From assembly GCA_013416795.1 (NCBI GenBank), contig RQSC01001290.1, forward strand, positions 1 to 7,229: DNA of 7,229 bases, in the 5' to 3' direction. This DNA comes from Prasinococcaceae sp. CCMP 1430 (Eukaryota; Plantae; Prasinodermophyta). Numbering within the stretch: position 1 is the first letter of the stretch; each line of letters opens with the position of its first letter. Below, piece by piece: positions 7,053 to 7,229 of the stretch. Below the pieces are notes generated by a model, which made no database searches, was not told the DNA's origin, and saw only the letters and a list, made by a program, of their open reading frames with translations. The position numbers and the translations under genes are program-made.

Positions 7053-7229
7053 TTATTTATTTATATATATTTTATATTCTTCATGCTTTAATAAAAAGAT
7101 AAAGATAGAAAAACCCAAGACCCAATAGTGTTTGATATTATATAAAATTAAAGGAAATTTTATTGATGCTTTAATTCGTGAATAAAAGTTTTGATTATTT
7201 TTTTTTTTCGAAATTATTTTAAAATTCTT
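7053..7229 (-). CDS. 3' end of an unidentified ORF (partial; start lies beyond the window)
   Basis: Manual translation gives 58 open codons from the window edge to TAA at 7055-7053: KNFKIISKKKNNQNFYSRIKASIKFPLILYNIKHYWVLGFSIFIFLLKHEEYKIYINK*. Such a long open frame is unlikely in DNA this AT-rich. Confidence 0.55.
   Translation of the reverse strand, partial: KNFKIISKKKNNQNFYSRIKASIKFPLILYNIKHYWVLGFSIFIFLLKHEEYKIYINK

Overview
AT-rich, intron-free plastid genome segment, most likely red-algal or red-derived such as an ochrophyte (inferred from plastid-encoded psb28 plus chlB). Gene order: chlB(+), psaA(+), psaB(+), psb28(-), trnD-GUC(+), then the 3' end of an unidentified ORF(-) cut by the window edge. 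The gene content is ordinary, but four things stand out. (1) A 90-bp near-perfect palindrome between chlB and psaA has arms that each look like a full sigma70 core promoter, one facing psaA and one antisense to chlB. (2) A symmetric divergent promoter for psb28/trnD shares a single -35 heptamer. (3) Nucleotide-identical patches between psaA and psaB suggest gene conversion. (4) ChlB keeps its Fe-S ligand but its substrate-side motifs are eroded.
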